The notes under the pieces were generated by a model that was not told the DNA's origin, searched no databases, and worked only from the letters and a program-made list of their open reading frames with translations. A stretch of 63,762 nt of DNA, filler included, from Globobulimina sp. (Eukaryota), in NCBI GenBank assembly GCA_003354225.1. It is 34 parts of 34 records of this genome, joined end to end, with 100 filler letters (N's around TTAATTAATTAA, not from the genome) between each part and the next. Parts side by side here need not be neighbours in the genome. Positions count along the whole stretch, not along the records: positions 48,845 to 50,622 come from PIVH01012059.1; positions 50,723 to 52,500 come from PIVH01012060.1; positions 52,601 to 54,377 come from PIVH01012061.1; positions 54,478 to 56,254 come from PIVH01012062.1; positions 56,355 to 58,131 come from PIVH01012063.1; positions 58,232 to 60,008 come from PIVH01012064.1; positions 60,109 to 61,885 come from PIVH01012065.1; positions 61,986 to 63,762 come from PIVH01012066.1; 26 more parts are not named here. The stretch is one strand, 5' to 3'. Made by a program: the position numbers and the translations under genes. Below, piece after piece: positions 50,229 to 63,326 of the stretch (within the stretch, counting starts at the first letter, position 1; each line of letters begins with the position of its first letter).

Positions 50229-50622
50229 ATGGCACAAAAACAAACTACAGCTACCCCACCATCTGACACATCAACACCTCCACCTTTATGGAATCCGCCA
50301 TCGCTACGCTACGATCAAGTCGATGAGAAATTCGCCACTTCAAACTGTTCATTCACGGCCAAAATTGTGCGCCACTATGACAATCCCATCATGAATGATG
50401 CCACAATTACTCGTAAACGATGCAGACTTTCCATCCTATCCCACACTAAAACCGATAATCGCACCTATACCTTGCGTATGGCAGCATTTTTATGTGATGA
50501 ATGGCGAGATATAATGGATTATATTTGGAATACGAGTGTCCGAGCAAAAGCGCGTGAAAATGCACAAATCTCCATAACCTTTTTTAAAATGCCAGTGCAA
50601 CAAATCCCGCCCAATGAAATCG
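50229..50622 (+). CDS. Hypothetical protein continuing across the circular junction to ~48985
   Basis: MAQKQTT... ORF enters the terminal repeat. Confidence 0.5.
50504..50622 (+). repeat. 119-bp terminal direct repeat, identical to 48845-48963
   Basis: Contig start equals contig end. Confidence 0.95.
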
Positions 50623-50722
50623 NNNNNNNNNNNNNNNNNNNNNNNNNNNNNNNNNNNNNNNNNNNNTTAATTAATTAANNNNNNNNNNNNNNNNNNNNNN
50701 NNNNNNNNNNNNNNNNNNNNNN

Positions 50723-51701
50723 AATCCTTTGTGCATGACACCATATAAAATGAACAATATCCACTTTGTGCATCTCGTGCAATGTCACAATTACAAGGAC
50801 TAAATGCAAAACCATGCAAAAAACATGATCTTTCCTCCAATCTATTAAATGGAATGCCTCTATCAACTGTACTTTTAACTTTTTGTGGATCATTTCTAAT
50901 TTCATAGACATTGTAAGCCTCAAATAATCCGCACATTAATGAACCTTCGATTTGTTGATCATTGCTTAAATCTTCTATTTTATTATAAAACCATGAATGG
51001 TACATAACGTTAAATAAATTATTTGCATTCATACTAAAATGTTGGGTCTCGGCATATGGCGGACAGTCATGAATTATCACATATCCTTCAAAGATGTCAC
51101 TTATTTTCCTCTCTTTTTTTCCTATATTAGTTTTTTCCATAATTTCTCCAATTGCTCCAATCACTGATTTCGGCAAATTGGATATTAATTTGTCATTCAT
51201 TGATAATTCTAATAATACTTTTAATTGTGTTGGCTCTAAATATATCAATATACGCACAATATCAATATGCGAATAATCGTGTATAACAAACGAGAATATA
51301 CATATATTTATTTGTTATTATATTTATATACCATATGAATCACCATATACACCGATATGAGGTATGTGAACATAGCCAAATACAGGAAACATTCCAATTT
51401 GTAACGGATCTTTTTGATTTTTAAAAGAATAATGAAAAGTCGATGGCTCAAATGTTCCAATAACAATCTTATTTTTCTGTCCTAATTCTTTTGGTTCAAG
51501 ATTTTGTGGTATATCTTTCTTAACGTTTGATTCATATTTTTTTTCATCATCATTTGAGTTCTGTTTCACATTACCTTTTGTAAATATTTTATTACTCTTT
51601 GTCTTATCTTCATTCGTGTTCAATTCGTTCGTATCACTGTCCTCTTCATTATCATTATCTTTATCCGCGTCACTCGGACCATTTGATTGTTCCTGTGACA
51701 T
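50723..51701 (-). CDS. Hypothetical protein with one intron (donor 51331); 3' partial
   Basis: MSQEQS... exon followed by a second long ORF after an AT-rich intron. Confidence 0.55.
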
Positions 51702-51718
51702 TACAAAACACTCAATTT

Positions 51719-52500
51719 TCAAAACTCTTTTTTATCTTTTCCTAACACAAAATTATGCAAAAATAATTGACCTATTCTATACACAGTTTCTATCAGTAAT
51801 TTCGAAGCATTATTCATTGAATATTCTAAAGTCATTGGCGCATTGGCCAATGCAAAGGGTATTAAGACAGCTATGTCCTCTTCCACCACTACTTCCTCAT
51901 TATCCCTGTCATTGCCATTATGATTATCCCCCTCTATTTTCACCATCCCAGCAACACAAACAACCGATGATATACCAGCTTTTTTGGCATGTTTTGCAAC
52001 CCCAATCGGAACCTTTCCGTCTGACGTTGACGTATCAACGGCACCTTCCGCAGTAATAACCAGATCAGCATCCTTCAAAGCAATATCCAATCCAGCATAT
52101 TGAGCAACAATTTCAAATCCAGACTGTAACCTTGCATTCAAATATACCATTAATCCGCCAGCTAATCCGCCGGCTGCGCCGCTTCCTTCTTTCACATTAA
52201 CATTTATCCCCAAATCTCTCCTCCAAATCTCATTCATATGTACTAAATTATTCTCCATCAAGTCGTAACAATGTTGTCTATAATTTTCCGTATTATCATT
52301 CTGTTGAATCCATTCATTGCTTAATTTCTGTGGCGCATAAATTGCAGTCGCTCCTCTTGTTCCTAATAAAGGATTATTTACATCACAGCCAACAACAAAA
52401 TCAATGTTATTAATATTATATTGATGTTGAAACGACAGCAATGATGATTTATCGATTGATTTTATTTTACCGATATTGGAATTTGATGGGATTATATCAG
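51719..52500 (-). CDS. glxK: Glycerate kinase, class I (bacterial GlxK/GarK type), 5' partial
   Basis: CDVNNPLLG.RGA..IYAPQK, GSGAAGGLAGGL, DLVITAEG, GKVPIGVA. Confidence 0.9.
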
Positions 52501-52600
52501 NNNNNNNNNNNNNNNNNNNNNNNNNNNNNNNNNNNNNNNNNNNNTTAATTAATTAANNNNNNNNNNNNNNNNNNNNNNNNNNNNNNNNNNNNNNNNNNNN

Positions 52601-53913
52601 TTGGAAATAAATAACGAAATTGTTAAACTTAAAGAAGCACAGAATCCAATCAAAGGCAATTGTTTTAGTTTCATATTTTGTGGCAATGGAATTTGAAAAA
52701 ATATATTGCTAAACCATGCACCAAAAGTAATACCAATAACTTTCCCAAACAATACACTTAAAAACACCAACAATGTCATATTACCAAAATCCGTAAAATA
52801 TACTCCTGAATTTGCATAAGTAAAGAAAAATAATCCATATTGGACAAAATGTTGAATAAAAGATTCAAAATCATTCAACATTTCTAATGAATATGGTTCA
52901 TAGCTGTTTTGTTCTGACATTACTGATAAATTGTCATCAGAGCTTATTATTATATCACTGTCATAAATATCAATATCAGCAGATTCAGCACTATCTGATG
53001 CATCAAATTCGAACTCAGATTCATCATTCTGTGCACCAATATATTTATAAATAACACGTTGTGAGTTTGAATTGCGTTTCTTTGTATTTTTTATGAGCAT
53101 ACATGGAATGATAGGAACCAAAGCTAAAGCGGGATGGATGCACGTTAATAGGAAGCCAGTCCACGACATAGAGCCTAATATAAATATATAAACCCACCAT
53201 CTTCTAATATGGAAGCATTTGTTTGCTATAATGGATATTATTACAGCTGCCAATATAAGTAATAAATATTGTGGTTGCAGAATGAAATGCTGTTTTGGAT
53301 AAAATATGGTGATTACAATCAGACCAATTAAACTGTCAAAGATTGAGGATAATAATAAGAATGCTATGCATGGATGCGATGTTGATGTGTTATTAAAGAT
53401 GAATGTAGCCACAGTCCACGACAATGCAATGTCTGTAGACATTGGTATGGCCCATCCATTTAATATAGTTTTTATTGGATGCAATGGACTCCACCAAATA
53501 TTAAAGATGAATACAAATAAAATATAAAATGAGATTGGTGTTATTATGCCAAACAGTGAGCTGATTATTGGAGTTATTGCTTTTTTTGGTGGATACATAT
53601 TACCATTTGGTGGTGCTAAGGATTGGATGATTTGTTTGACAACGAATGCAAAGAAGAATACCATAAAACATTCATTTATTAAAAATAATAATGTGATATT
53701 ATATTTATTGAATAATTTATAATTCGGTATTAATATTAAATATTCGATGTTTGAGGCTTGTTGAATATCATTATATGTTGCAAATAAATATGAATATGAT
53801 AGTCTATCAACATTTGCATGAGAAAAACCAGCAAATATACCACTTATTAATGGTAATGAATAACGACGAACAAATATATCAAATTGCGTTAAAGTGGAAT
53901 ATTGAAGTGACAT
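52601..53913 (-). CDS. nhaA: NhaA-type Na+/H+ antiporter, 3' partial
   Basis: INECFMVFFF, GWAIPMSTDIAL, IHPALA, ANSGV, GKVIGI, LTISLFIS. Confidence 0.85.
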
Positions 53914-54055
53914 TTTTACCTAGAAATCAGAACATCCAAAAATGCTTTTTATGGAATATTAAAAAATTCAATAAAGCATAATTAATTTCCATTTGATTGT
54001 CATTTAATTGCAAAACAGAACAGTTTATAATTAGTCAGATTTTGAGCAACTTTGA

Positions 54056-54377
54056 CTATCGAGAAAAGACTTTATCCCAAATCCACAAATTAGTCATCCA
54101 TTTTTCTGAGTCAATGGGAGGTTCCGCATAATGCTGTGTCAAAACATCAACATTTCCATCGGGAAATAAATTATAAAAAAACATAGCCGATCCTTTAACC
54201 GGATGAACTCCAAAATAATCATTTTCATCTCGACAATTTTTATGCGCCTTAGGAAATGATGTAAATCCACCGCCACGCACATCATTCAAGTACATAATAA
54301 ATGTAATATACCGATTATGCGGTTGATCCGTCCCATAATCCACGTGCGATTTATATAGCTCTCCTCCGAAATAATGC
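54056..54377 (-). CDS. Prolyl 4-hydroxylase-like 2OG-Fe(II) oxygenase C-terminus
   Basis: HVD, RYITFIMYLNDV.GGG.T.FP, H...P...EKWMTNLW. Confidence 0.88.
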
Positions 54378-54879
54378 NNNNNNNNNNNNNNNNNNNNNNN
54401 NNNNNNNNNNNNNNNNNNNNNTTAATTAATTAANNNNNNNNNNNNNNNNNNNNNNNNNNNNNNNNNNNNNNNNNNNNGTCGCAGTCGCAGTCACCGTCGC
54501 AATCTCCAAATACGAGAAGAAAATTCAAAATCACGCATAAAGCGTGGAAACACAAAAAGAAAGACCAAAGTAACGAATCTGATGAAGAATCGCAGACAAA
54601 TTCAGAGCAGTCGCATGATTCTCGCGAGTCTGCGTCGAAAGTTACAAAGGAAATTTATACAGTTAAGTTACTGGAGTGCAAGGATAAAAAATCCACCATT
54701 TGCCTCAAATGCAAATGCACTTAAAACCGGTTGCTGTTGCATGCAAACACAAATCATTTGGCTTTTTACTATTTTTTTTGCAAAATTTTGTTGCTGAATT
54801 TTTTTTTGTGCATGAAATGAAATGAAAGAATCATCTGCAAATTCACTTATTTGTACATGTGTTGTATATAATATACAGT

Positions 54880-56254
54880 ACGACTCATGGTTAGATTCCA
54901 TTGAATCGGACACAGAATGCACATATTTATCACGTAATCGGTTATTCCCCGCCAAAATCAACCATGTGACCTATACATTTGAGGTACAAACTGAAGTAGG
55001 AACTGAGTCCTTTATGCCCGAAGGCGGAAAAATGAAAATATACAAACCCATCGAGGATGACGCTGCCACGGAGACGCCAACGGACAATAAAATGGAGGTA
55101 GATAATAACGAGGACGATGATGTAAAAACAGATGACAAAGACCCGGCTGATTCCAATCGAGAATGGTATACAAAATTAAAAATTGGCGCTTCCATTCTCT
55201 GCGCCGGTCAAGACAACGAATGGCGTGCACACAAAATAACATTTATAAATCGCCGATTTGATTTGCAATATTTGATGCGGCGATCTTTAAATTACGAAAG
55301 CATCCAAGAATATGACCAACGCACATTATTACCCAATCCCATATTACGCAAAAAAATGAGGCCATCGACTACCATTCTTCTGGACGACACTCCCGAACCG
55401 CTGTCGCCCTCCAAATCGCCCAAAAAGAGCAAGAAAAAGAAGGGTAAGAATAGGTTTGGCGATTCTGATGAATCTGAGTCTGACTCAGAGCCTGCAGAAT
55501 CTGAGGAAGTCAGCTCAGAGTCTGATGATGATAATGTCTCGCGGTCGCAATCCATTTCGGTCTCACCTATGGACGATTTAGTGACCAAGATCGAGCGTAT
55601 TATGTTCGAGATGCAATTGCCGCGAAGTACTGTATGTTGGAAGGACACATTTTCGCATTTGATACCAGCTACAAATGCGGACGCAGCACAGTTAAAAAAT
55701 ATAAATCCCAAACAAGAAATGGATATCGATGAGGTGGTATCCCCTCCAATGCCCGTCATAGAAACCACTCCCACCATCGACGAGAAACCAGACACGAACA
55801 AAGACACTGAGATGGAAGACAAGGAAAACTGCAGTCCCTCCAACAAAAAAGCCACTGATACCAATTCCATGATGGTCGAATCCGATGAGGATGAAGGAAA
55901 TGACGATAAGCCACAGGAAACCGACCGAGACTCGCAATTAATCAGCAAATATTTGGTCAAATATTGGAACCGTTCCTATCATCATTTGGAGTGGTTATCG
56001 ACGCGGCAAATCCGCGAATTTGACGCGGAAACCAAACGCGTGAACTTCGAGAAAAAATTCGACGAATATGACCGAAAAGTAAAGAAAATTCTCAACGCCA
56101 TCAACCAGAAGAAATATAAATCCGTGCACTTTTTCAACGAATTATACCTGGAAATCGACCGAATTATATCCTACGCCGAACCGAACGAGAAATTTGATAC
56201 CGTTTCGGGTTACACCTCCAAGAGCAAACAGTACCAAATCAACATCAACACCTC
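54880..56254 (+). CDS. Chromodomain protein (CHD-like N-terminal region), partial
   Basis: KYLVKYWNRSYHHLEW followed by YLEIDRII (tandem chromodomain pattern); upstream exon structure unclear. Confidence 0.65.
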
Positions 56255-57780
56255 NNNNNNNNNNNNNNNNNNNNNNNNNNNNNNNNNNNNNNNNNNNNTT
56301 AATTAATTAANNNNNNNNNNNNNNNNNNNNNNNNNNNNNNNNNNNNNNNNNNNNTTAAATGCACAACAAAATTTACTATACAATGATTGCGTTTGTAAGA
56401 CATTGTCCAATCAAAAAAAAATGAATTGTTTTATTTTTCTACTCACATTTCCTTCGTTTGGAACTGACTTTTTAGTGTTATAAAAATGAAGCAGAATGAC
56501 ATTACTTTTGTTGAATTTGAATTGCAATTTGTCAGCCTATTACCAGTCAATGTGAATCATTACAAGTATTCATTCAAGCAGTCATTCTGTTTCATTCAAA
56601 CACACGATTTCAATGTAAAACATTTTAAGACAATAACCAAAAACATTTAGTGCTGATTCACTGGAGGAACTTAAAGATATTATGTGGAAAATATCAACTA
56701 TATTACTTAATACTATATTCGATCTGTTTTGTGCATATCAAAATGGTATTGGAATGTCAGGTACTGAAGTTAGGTACTGATGCATAACAATTTACTGGAA
56801 TGTCAGGTACTGATGCAGACATGTTATATTGACATTGAATTTGAATTACAACCAACGCAAACAAAACGGAAAATGCATCCAATGCATCTAATGCGTTAAA
56901 TCGATTCTTGCCGCTATTGATGAAGATGAACATAATCTATTTTATGGTGTATGAGCTAGTGCCTGTTACAAAGCAAATACATTTGCAAATAATAACCGTT
57001 TTACTGACCGTTCTTCGCGAAATATAGTAAATACCGAGTTGTCACCAAGAACAGTTAGAACACCAAGATTAGAGGAAATGAATACAATGGACATCATCTA
57101 CACCCATCAAACCATATCAATCAATGTAATCAATACCTGAGATTTGATGTGTAATATTAATCCTTGCACATATTGCATGAGAACGAAATGATATGTACAA
57201 ATATATAGACATTAACGAAGCAGAATGACATCACTTTTGTTGAATTTGAAATATTTTGATATTTGATAAATGAATATGCTAATAATTGAGATTTTTTGAT
57301 TGCTATAATTCATTGCGAAACCATATAAAATGGTACAGTAATCTTCAAGAAACAATTTATGCATGCTCTGGATCACAAACACTTGAAAAAAAGCCATTTG
57401 ATATGGTTTCGCTTAATGCAACATGTGCAAGTTAAAAACGAAATATTGTGTGCAAGGATTAATATTACACATTCCATTATATTAATCTATCATACATTGA
57501 AAGGGAAATCAAAAATAGAAATAAACTGTAAAGATGAAAATCACCATGAGCATCGAATGCAAGACCATCGAATTAGTGTAAAACATGCAAGTCTTACATC
57601 GACTTACATGATTCCCTCTGAAAGCTGTTTTTTGATGCTAGAAGTACCACAGTGTCAAGAACTTAGGGAAAATCAGAAAATGGAATATAATCAATACTGT
57701 ATATAGTTTGGTGGTGTTGAAAAACACCTGGTAAAAAATAAAAAGAATAGAATTTAATATTTACAAATATTTAAATTGAT

Positions 57781-58131
57781 TTAGTTTCCTCTTAATCGTT
57801 TTGCCAAAGCAATATCTTTTCCCATAATAGTAACGCGTTTGGCGTGGATGGCGGCCAAATTGGTATCTTCAAACATTGACACCATATATGCTTCGGTGGC
57901 CTCTTGTAATGCAATGATAGCAGTTGCTTGAAAGCGTAAATCATTTTTGAAATCACCAGCAATCTCTCTCACCAATCTCTGAAATGGCAATTTTCTTAAT
58001 AATAACTCCGTGGATTTCTGATATCTGCGGATCTCTCTCAAAGCAACAGTTCCTGGTCGGAATCTATGTGTTTTCTTAACTCCACCGGTTGCTGGAGCTG
58101 ATTTTCTTGCTGCTTTAGTTGCTAACTGTTT
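57781..58131 (-). CDS. H3: Histone H3, 5' partial
   Basis: [44 protein letters not shown]...AIHAKRVTI. Confidence 0.97.
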   Translation of the reverse strand, partial: KQLATKAARKSAPATGGVKKTHRFRPGTVALREIRRYQKSTELLLRKLPFQRLVREIAGDFKNDLRFQATAIIALQEATEAYMVSMFEDTNLAAIHAKRVTIMGKDIALAKRLRGN

Positions 58132-58231
58132 NNNNNNNNNNNNNNNNNNNNNNNNNNNNNNNNNNNNNNNNNNNNTTAATTAATTAANNNNNNNNNNNNN
58201 NNNNNNNNNNNNNNNNNNNNNNNNNNNNNNN

Positions 58232-58813
58232 CGTGATTTAACCGATTATTTAATGAAAATCTTGACGGAGAGAGGTTATTCCTTTACGACTTCTGCAGAA
58301 CGAGAGATTGTGCGTGATATCAAAGAAAAATTGGCGTATGTTGCTGAAAATTATGATGAAGAATTAAAACGAGCAGAAACGTCGTCGGATATTGAGAAAA
58401 ATTACGAATTACCGGATGGCCAAGTCATTACAATCGGGGCGGAAAGATTTCGTTGTTCGGAAGTCTTATTTAAACCGTCTTTTATTGGCAAAGAGAGTGA
58501 AGGTATTCATAAATTGGCGTATGAATCCATTATGAAATGCGATGTTGATATTCGACGCGATTTATATACAAATACGGTGTTATCTGGTGGCACGACAATG
58601 TTTCCCGGCATTGATGTTCGATTAACCAAAGAGATGACCGCTTTGGCTCCGGCCAGTATCAAAGTTAAAATCGTAGCTCCGCCAGAAAGGAAATATTCGG
58701 TGTGGATTGGTGGCAGTATCTTAAGTTCGTTGTCGACGTTTCAAGAGATGTGGATCTCCAAAGATGAATATGATGAGTCTGGCCCTGGTATTGTGCATAG
58801 AAAATGCTTTTAA
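58232..58813 (+). CDS. ACT: Actin, C-terminal half
   Basis: [18 protein letters not shown]...[16 protein letters not shown]...IVHRKCF. Confidence 0.98.
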   Translation, partial: RDLTDYLMKILTERGYSFTTSAEREIVRDIKEKLAYVAENYDEELKRAETSSDIEKNYELPDGQVITIGAERFRCSEVLFKPSFIGKESEGIHKLAYESIMKCDVDIRRDLYTNTVLSGGTTMFPGIDVRLTKEMTALAPASIKVKIVAPPERKYSVWIGGSILSSLSTFQEMWISKDEYDESGPGIVHRKCF

Positions 58814-59233
58814 ATTTAATTTTAATATTATTTATATTTGTTTTTGCGTTTTGTAAAGTTTTTTTCCTCTTTGTGATTAAATAAGTTTGTGTGTTTATGT
58901 TGTGTGGTTTTGATCTCGTCTGATTGCTGAATGTCTCGTTTAGTTTGGTGTCCGATTAAATGATAAAGATTTAATTGTTGACGCTTTGAACTGAATTTGT
59001 TGACTGACGGTGCCCAGCGATGATTGATCATCGATGTGTCTGATTCTTATTTATTTTTTTTATTCATTTCTGTTCATATCACTTAGGAAATATGTGTACA
59101 TCTTAATATGTACAGGGCACGTTCTCCGCAGTTTTTGTGTTTGTAAACAGTTATCGGGTTTATACTAATTCATGTAATTTCCAGTGAGCTGTTTTAACTG
59201 TTTTCTCCTCTTTCGAGTATTATTAAAAACAAG

Positions 59234-60008
59234 ATGTTGTCTTCAGTAATAAAACAAGTTTCAAACAAACAAGGCTTACAAACCATCCAACTATATAAGG
59301 AAACAACCAACCTGTTGAAACTAAAAGAATTGTCAAAATATGAATATAAAGGCACAAGCAAAACACCATCAATATTGATTCGAAACAATCACATTGACTC
59401 AAGTATTTGGGATGAATTCCAAGTTCAAGATACCGACATCTACGTCAATACTCCAGCTAAATCTGGCACCACATGGATGCAGGAAATATGTGCACAATTA
59501 CTATATAATGGCGATTTAAGAGGTCACATTGGAACTGATAATATTCATGATATTTCTCCATGGTTAGCCATGGCAATACAACCAAGAGAGCACATCTTAG
59601 CTTTACTAAACGAGCAATCCGAAAACGAAAATATAAAACGAAGAGTTATCAAAACGCACGAACCCGTTGAATCGATGCCATTTAATCCAAATTGTAAATA
59701 TATTGTCGTCGGTCGTGATTTCAGGGATGTTGTCTGGTCTCTTTATAACCATTATTCATTATTTTCAGATCAAGCGTTTGAAACTTTTAACGCTCCGCGA
59801 CCTTATAAGTTTCAACAATTACCACCATGGCTAATTACAGATGCGACAGCGTTCAAAGAGTATGATATGTTTAACATGCAGTTAGATGGTGCGACTCCGG
59901 ACGATGGCAATCCAGATGGTGCTCCGTGGTGGAGTCAGTTTTGGGTTATTGGGAGTTGGTGGCAGATCAGAAAGTTACCAAATGTTAAAATGATTCATTT
60001 TCAAAATA
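59234..60008 (+). CDS. PAPS-dependent sulfotransferase (Sulfotransfer_1), 3' partial
   Basis: 5'-PSB TPAKSGTTWMQ, IKTH, 3'-PB RDFRDVVWS. Confidence 0.88.
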
Positions 60009-60108
60009 NNNNNNNNNNNNNNNNNNNNNNNNNNNNNNNNNNNNNNNNNNNNTTAATTAATTAANNNNNNNNNNNNNNNNNNNNNNNNNNNNNNNNNNNN
60101 NNNNNNNN

Positions 60109-61885
60109 CTGTAATTAATATTAAATATTTTGAATTATATATCTTTGTATCATATGGTTTAATTAAGGTATTTGGTGATGCACGATTTGGTGACACCCAT
60201 TTTACCGAAGCAACCAAGTAATCTCTACACTCATTACATATCCCAGCATATAATCGATATTCTTGATGTTCATATAATTTTGGTCCAATAAAGCTAATAA
60301 TTCCACCAATTTCATTTTCATTCCCATCTAAATCTATAAAATTGGATGTAATATTTGTTACACTGTAATAAGGTTTGAAACCATAGTCAAAGAATTCCAA
60401 AAGACTCGAATTTTCTGTATAATACAAATTATCATCGAATCTCATGTTTTGAGAGGAAATATTATATTCTTCATTGAAACACCATAATGTGGAACAACTA
60501 ATTACTACCAAAAATCTATAACCTCTCCGATATTGCTTATTGTTTATTTGTACGCTATCTTTTGAAAAAGTAAATGCTTCGTTGAATTTAACGATTGATT
60601 CATAGAGTTTCACTCCACGATCAATGGTAAGTCCATCGTCAATCCATATGTTAAAATGATGAGTGTCCTCATAACCATCTAAATTTGGTATAGTTTCCCA
60701 TCTTATTTGTCCAGATAATAATTCTCGATTTTTATTTGTATCATAAAAATCTAAATGACGCGGGTTATACATTGGTTTTGATGGCAATATCTCAAATAAG
60801 ACAGCATTTGCTATACAACCAGCGGTGTTACAATAAATCACAATACATTTATGATAGGTTACATGTCCATATCTTTGCAATTCAACATTTGTTGATGTTA
60901 TTGTTCTTGGTATTAAATTGCTATATATTTTGCCAGAAAGTGAATCAATTTCAAATCCTAACGGTAATACTTTATATTGTTTTATATCTTTCTTTTTTGT
61001 CTCAAAGAAATTTAATTCATTTACTTTATTTGTTTCATGATAACAATTCCATCCAACATCCTTAATATCCACTTGTAATGCATCGTTTTTATAAAATTTT
61101 GGCAACACTGCAAAACCTCTCGATTTTATATCTGGTACTTTAATAAATTTGTTTAATGGTATTTCTTTAACAGGAAATTGAAATAAATCGAGAAACTTTT
61201 TAACATCATTTACTTGTAAACCGTTATTATTTATGTTTTGATCATTAACATTAATTTGAGGAAGGTCTAACGGTTTAATACATAAGAAAATCGGTGGTAA
61301 ATCAACTAAAAACGGAATTAGACCGTAATTGATATTCAAACCTTGTCGGAAATATCCTTTTTTTATACATTCCGATGATGTTCCAAGCATTGCATCAATT
61401 AAAGGGATATCGTCTTCATCATTTTGTTGTTTTCTGCATAAACATGTTTTTACGTGTTTTTGATTGCTAATACGAACATCATCAAATACATTCAAATTAA
61501 AATGCAATGCAGCTAAATTTTCTACCATTACATAATCAGCCATATTGCAGTCGCATTGATTACAACTTGTCTCTTTACAAAATCCCACAGATAAACTGGT
61601 AATACATTGATTCTTTGTAATCTCTGTTTTAGTGTATTTTAAGTATAATGGAGGTGAGGATTTAAAAGTTTTTTCAAAATAAAATGAATTTGATTGTTCA
61701 AATCGATCATATTTGGTGTATTTATTTATTTTTATGTAAAATACATCACAAAAATAAGTGTTTTGATTATGAAATCCATGCAATTCGTCAATATTTGGCT
61801 TTCGTCGATGATCATCGACTGTTAATACAATGGATTTGCATTGTTTGTCCAAACTACAAATTAATTGACATTTTCTAATTCCTTC
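60109..61885 (-). CDS. Large, probably extracellular, Cys/beta-rich protein fragment
   Basis: Whole-contig ORF; LPLGFEIDSLSGKI resembles an Ig-like (He_PIG) motif. Confidence 0.6.
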
Positions 61886-62156
61886 NNNNNNNNNNNNNNN
61901 NNNNNNNNNNNNNNNNNNNNNNNNNNNNNTTAATTAATTAANNNNNNNNNNNNNNNNNNNNNNNNNNNNNNNNNNNNNNNNNNNNGTTTTATTTCATTTT
62001 CTGTGTGTTTGTTTTCTGTTTTCTGTGTGTTTATGTTATTGTTTTCCATTTGTACGGATGCAAAATATAGTCAGACGTATACATATGGAAAGTAATGATC
62101 TGCCTTCTCAGCTGCCGCGAAAATATGACAGAATTGTTTAAATACTTATGTTCAAC

Positions 62157-62260
62157 AAATACATAAGATAATATTGGATTTCTAGATTTTTTTATCATTT
62201 GAACGCCTTGTTACTATGTTCAAATATGAATCCCAAAATATGCGGTTTTTCACAACTGTG
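62157..62260. repeat. ~104-bp dispersed repeat, copy 2
   Basis: Matches 24431-24534. Confidence 0.9.
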
Positions 62261-62327
62261 CGATACATGCATAGTAAAATTAAACGCTTCAGCTGCAGGT
62301 TTTCGCTCAAGTTTAATGATATAAAGA

Positions 62328-63245
62328 ATGGCGAACTCAAAGATCCGATCATTTTTAAATTCACGTTTTAATATAATACTGTATTTTGTTTTACCATATA
62401 CACTAACAATGGCATTATATTTTCATTTTGGAGATGAATTATCCTCACAAACTGTGTCGTGGACAGAAATTATACACAACAAAAATATAAAACCTGTGAC
62501 AGTAATAAAACAGAAACAGTTTGGTGACATACTAATATCTCCGGAAACAACATCCATTTCATCACACACTTTGGATTCATTATTATTAAAATATGGAATT
62601 GATCCGAAAGCTAACCAGAATGAACAGGAATTTCCAATGCAACAAAAAATAGATTTATTATTAAAAATATCATCACCTGATTTTTGGAGAGAAAATTATG
62701 AATTACATCCAAAACAAAGTCGTATTAAAACGTGGTTATGGCTGCACCGAAGCTATTTAAATGATATTAAATCCCTTTCAAACATGGCAAATACTAAGAA
62801 ATTAAAAGCAATCTTTCTCAAATTTTCTAATAAAATTAAAGCTCATTCAGAATATGAAGAGTTTATACTGTTCAAATTTATTAAAGAGAATGTTAACGTT
62901 TTATAATATTTGTCACATTATCATATTATAAATAAAATCCATTACACATTTAATAAGTTGGATGACTTGGATGATCAAAATATGGCTATTTTAGAGAAAC
63001 AACATGAAACTATACATAATATAACAAATGATATAATAATAATGATTGGGGATGATGAGTTGGATAAAAATGATGCAGAGTGTAAAGAGAAAGTGGGTGA
63101 TTTATTGAAACAATATCAACAAATCATAAATGAGCATTTCTTAAAAGAGGAACAAATTGTGGTGGCTATAATGTTGAATATTGATAACACGCAATATCGA
63201 CAATATCGATCCTATTTGAGTTGGAAATATTATTTTTCATATTGA
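62328..63245 (+). CDS. Hemerythrin-like (HHE) domain protein with N-terminal TM; intron ending at 62957
   Basis: LH...HSEYEE...QH...HFLKEE (H-HxxxE-H-HxxxE); phase-0 intron with donor at 62892 or 62898. Confidence 0.72.
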
Positions 63246-63326
63246 TGTATATATTGATTTGTCCTTGCACAATTCAGATATTTTAAACTTAAAAACTTTA
63301 GTGTAGATACAGTTGAGTGTGCTTCA

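Noticed and set aside
46967-50622. CRESS-DNA virus identity for the circular contigs
   Set aside because: No HUH Rep, SF3 helicase motifs or nonanucleotide stem-loop recognised.
51236-51331. Possible non-canonical GT-CG 54-bp intron
   Set aside because: A canonical in-frame AG near 51236 gives a 96-bp GT-AG intron.
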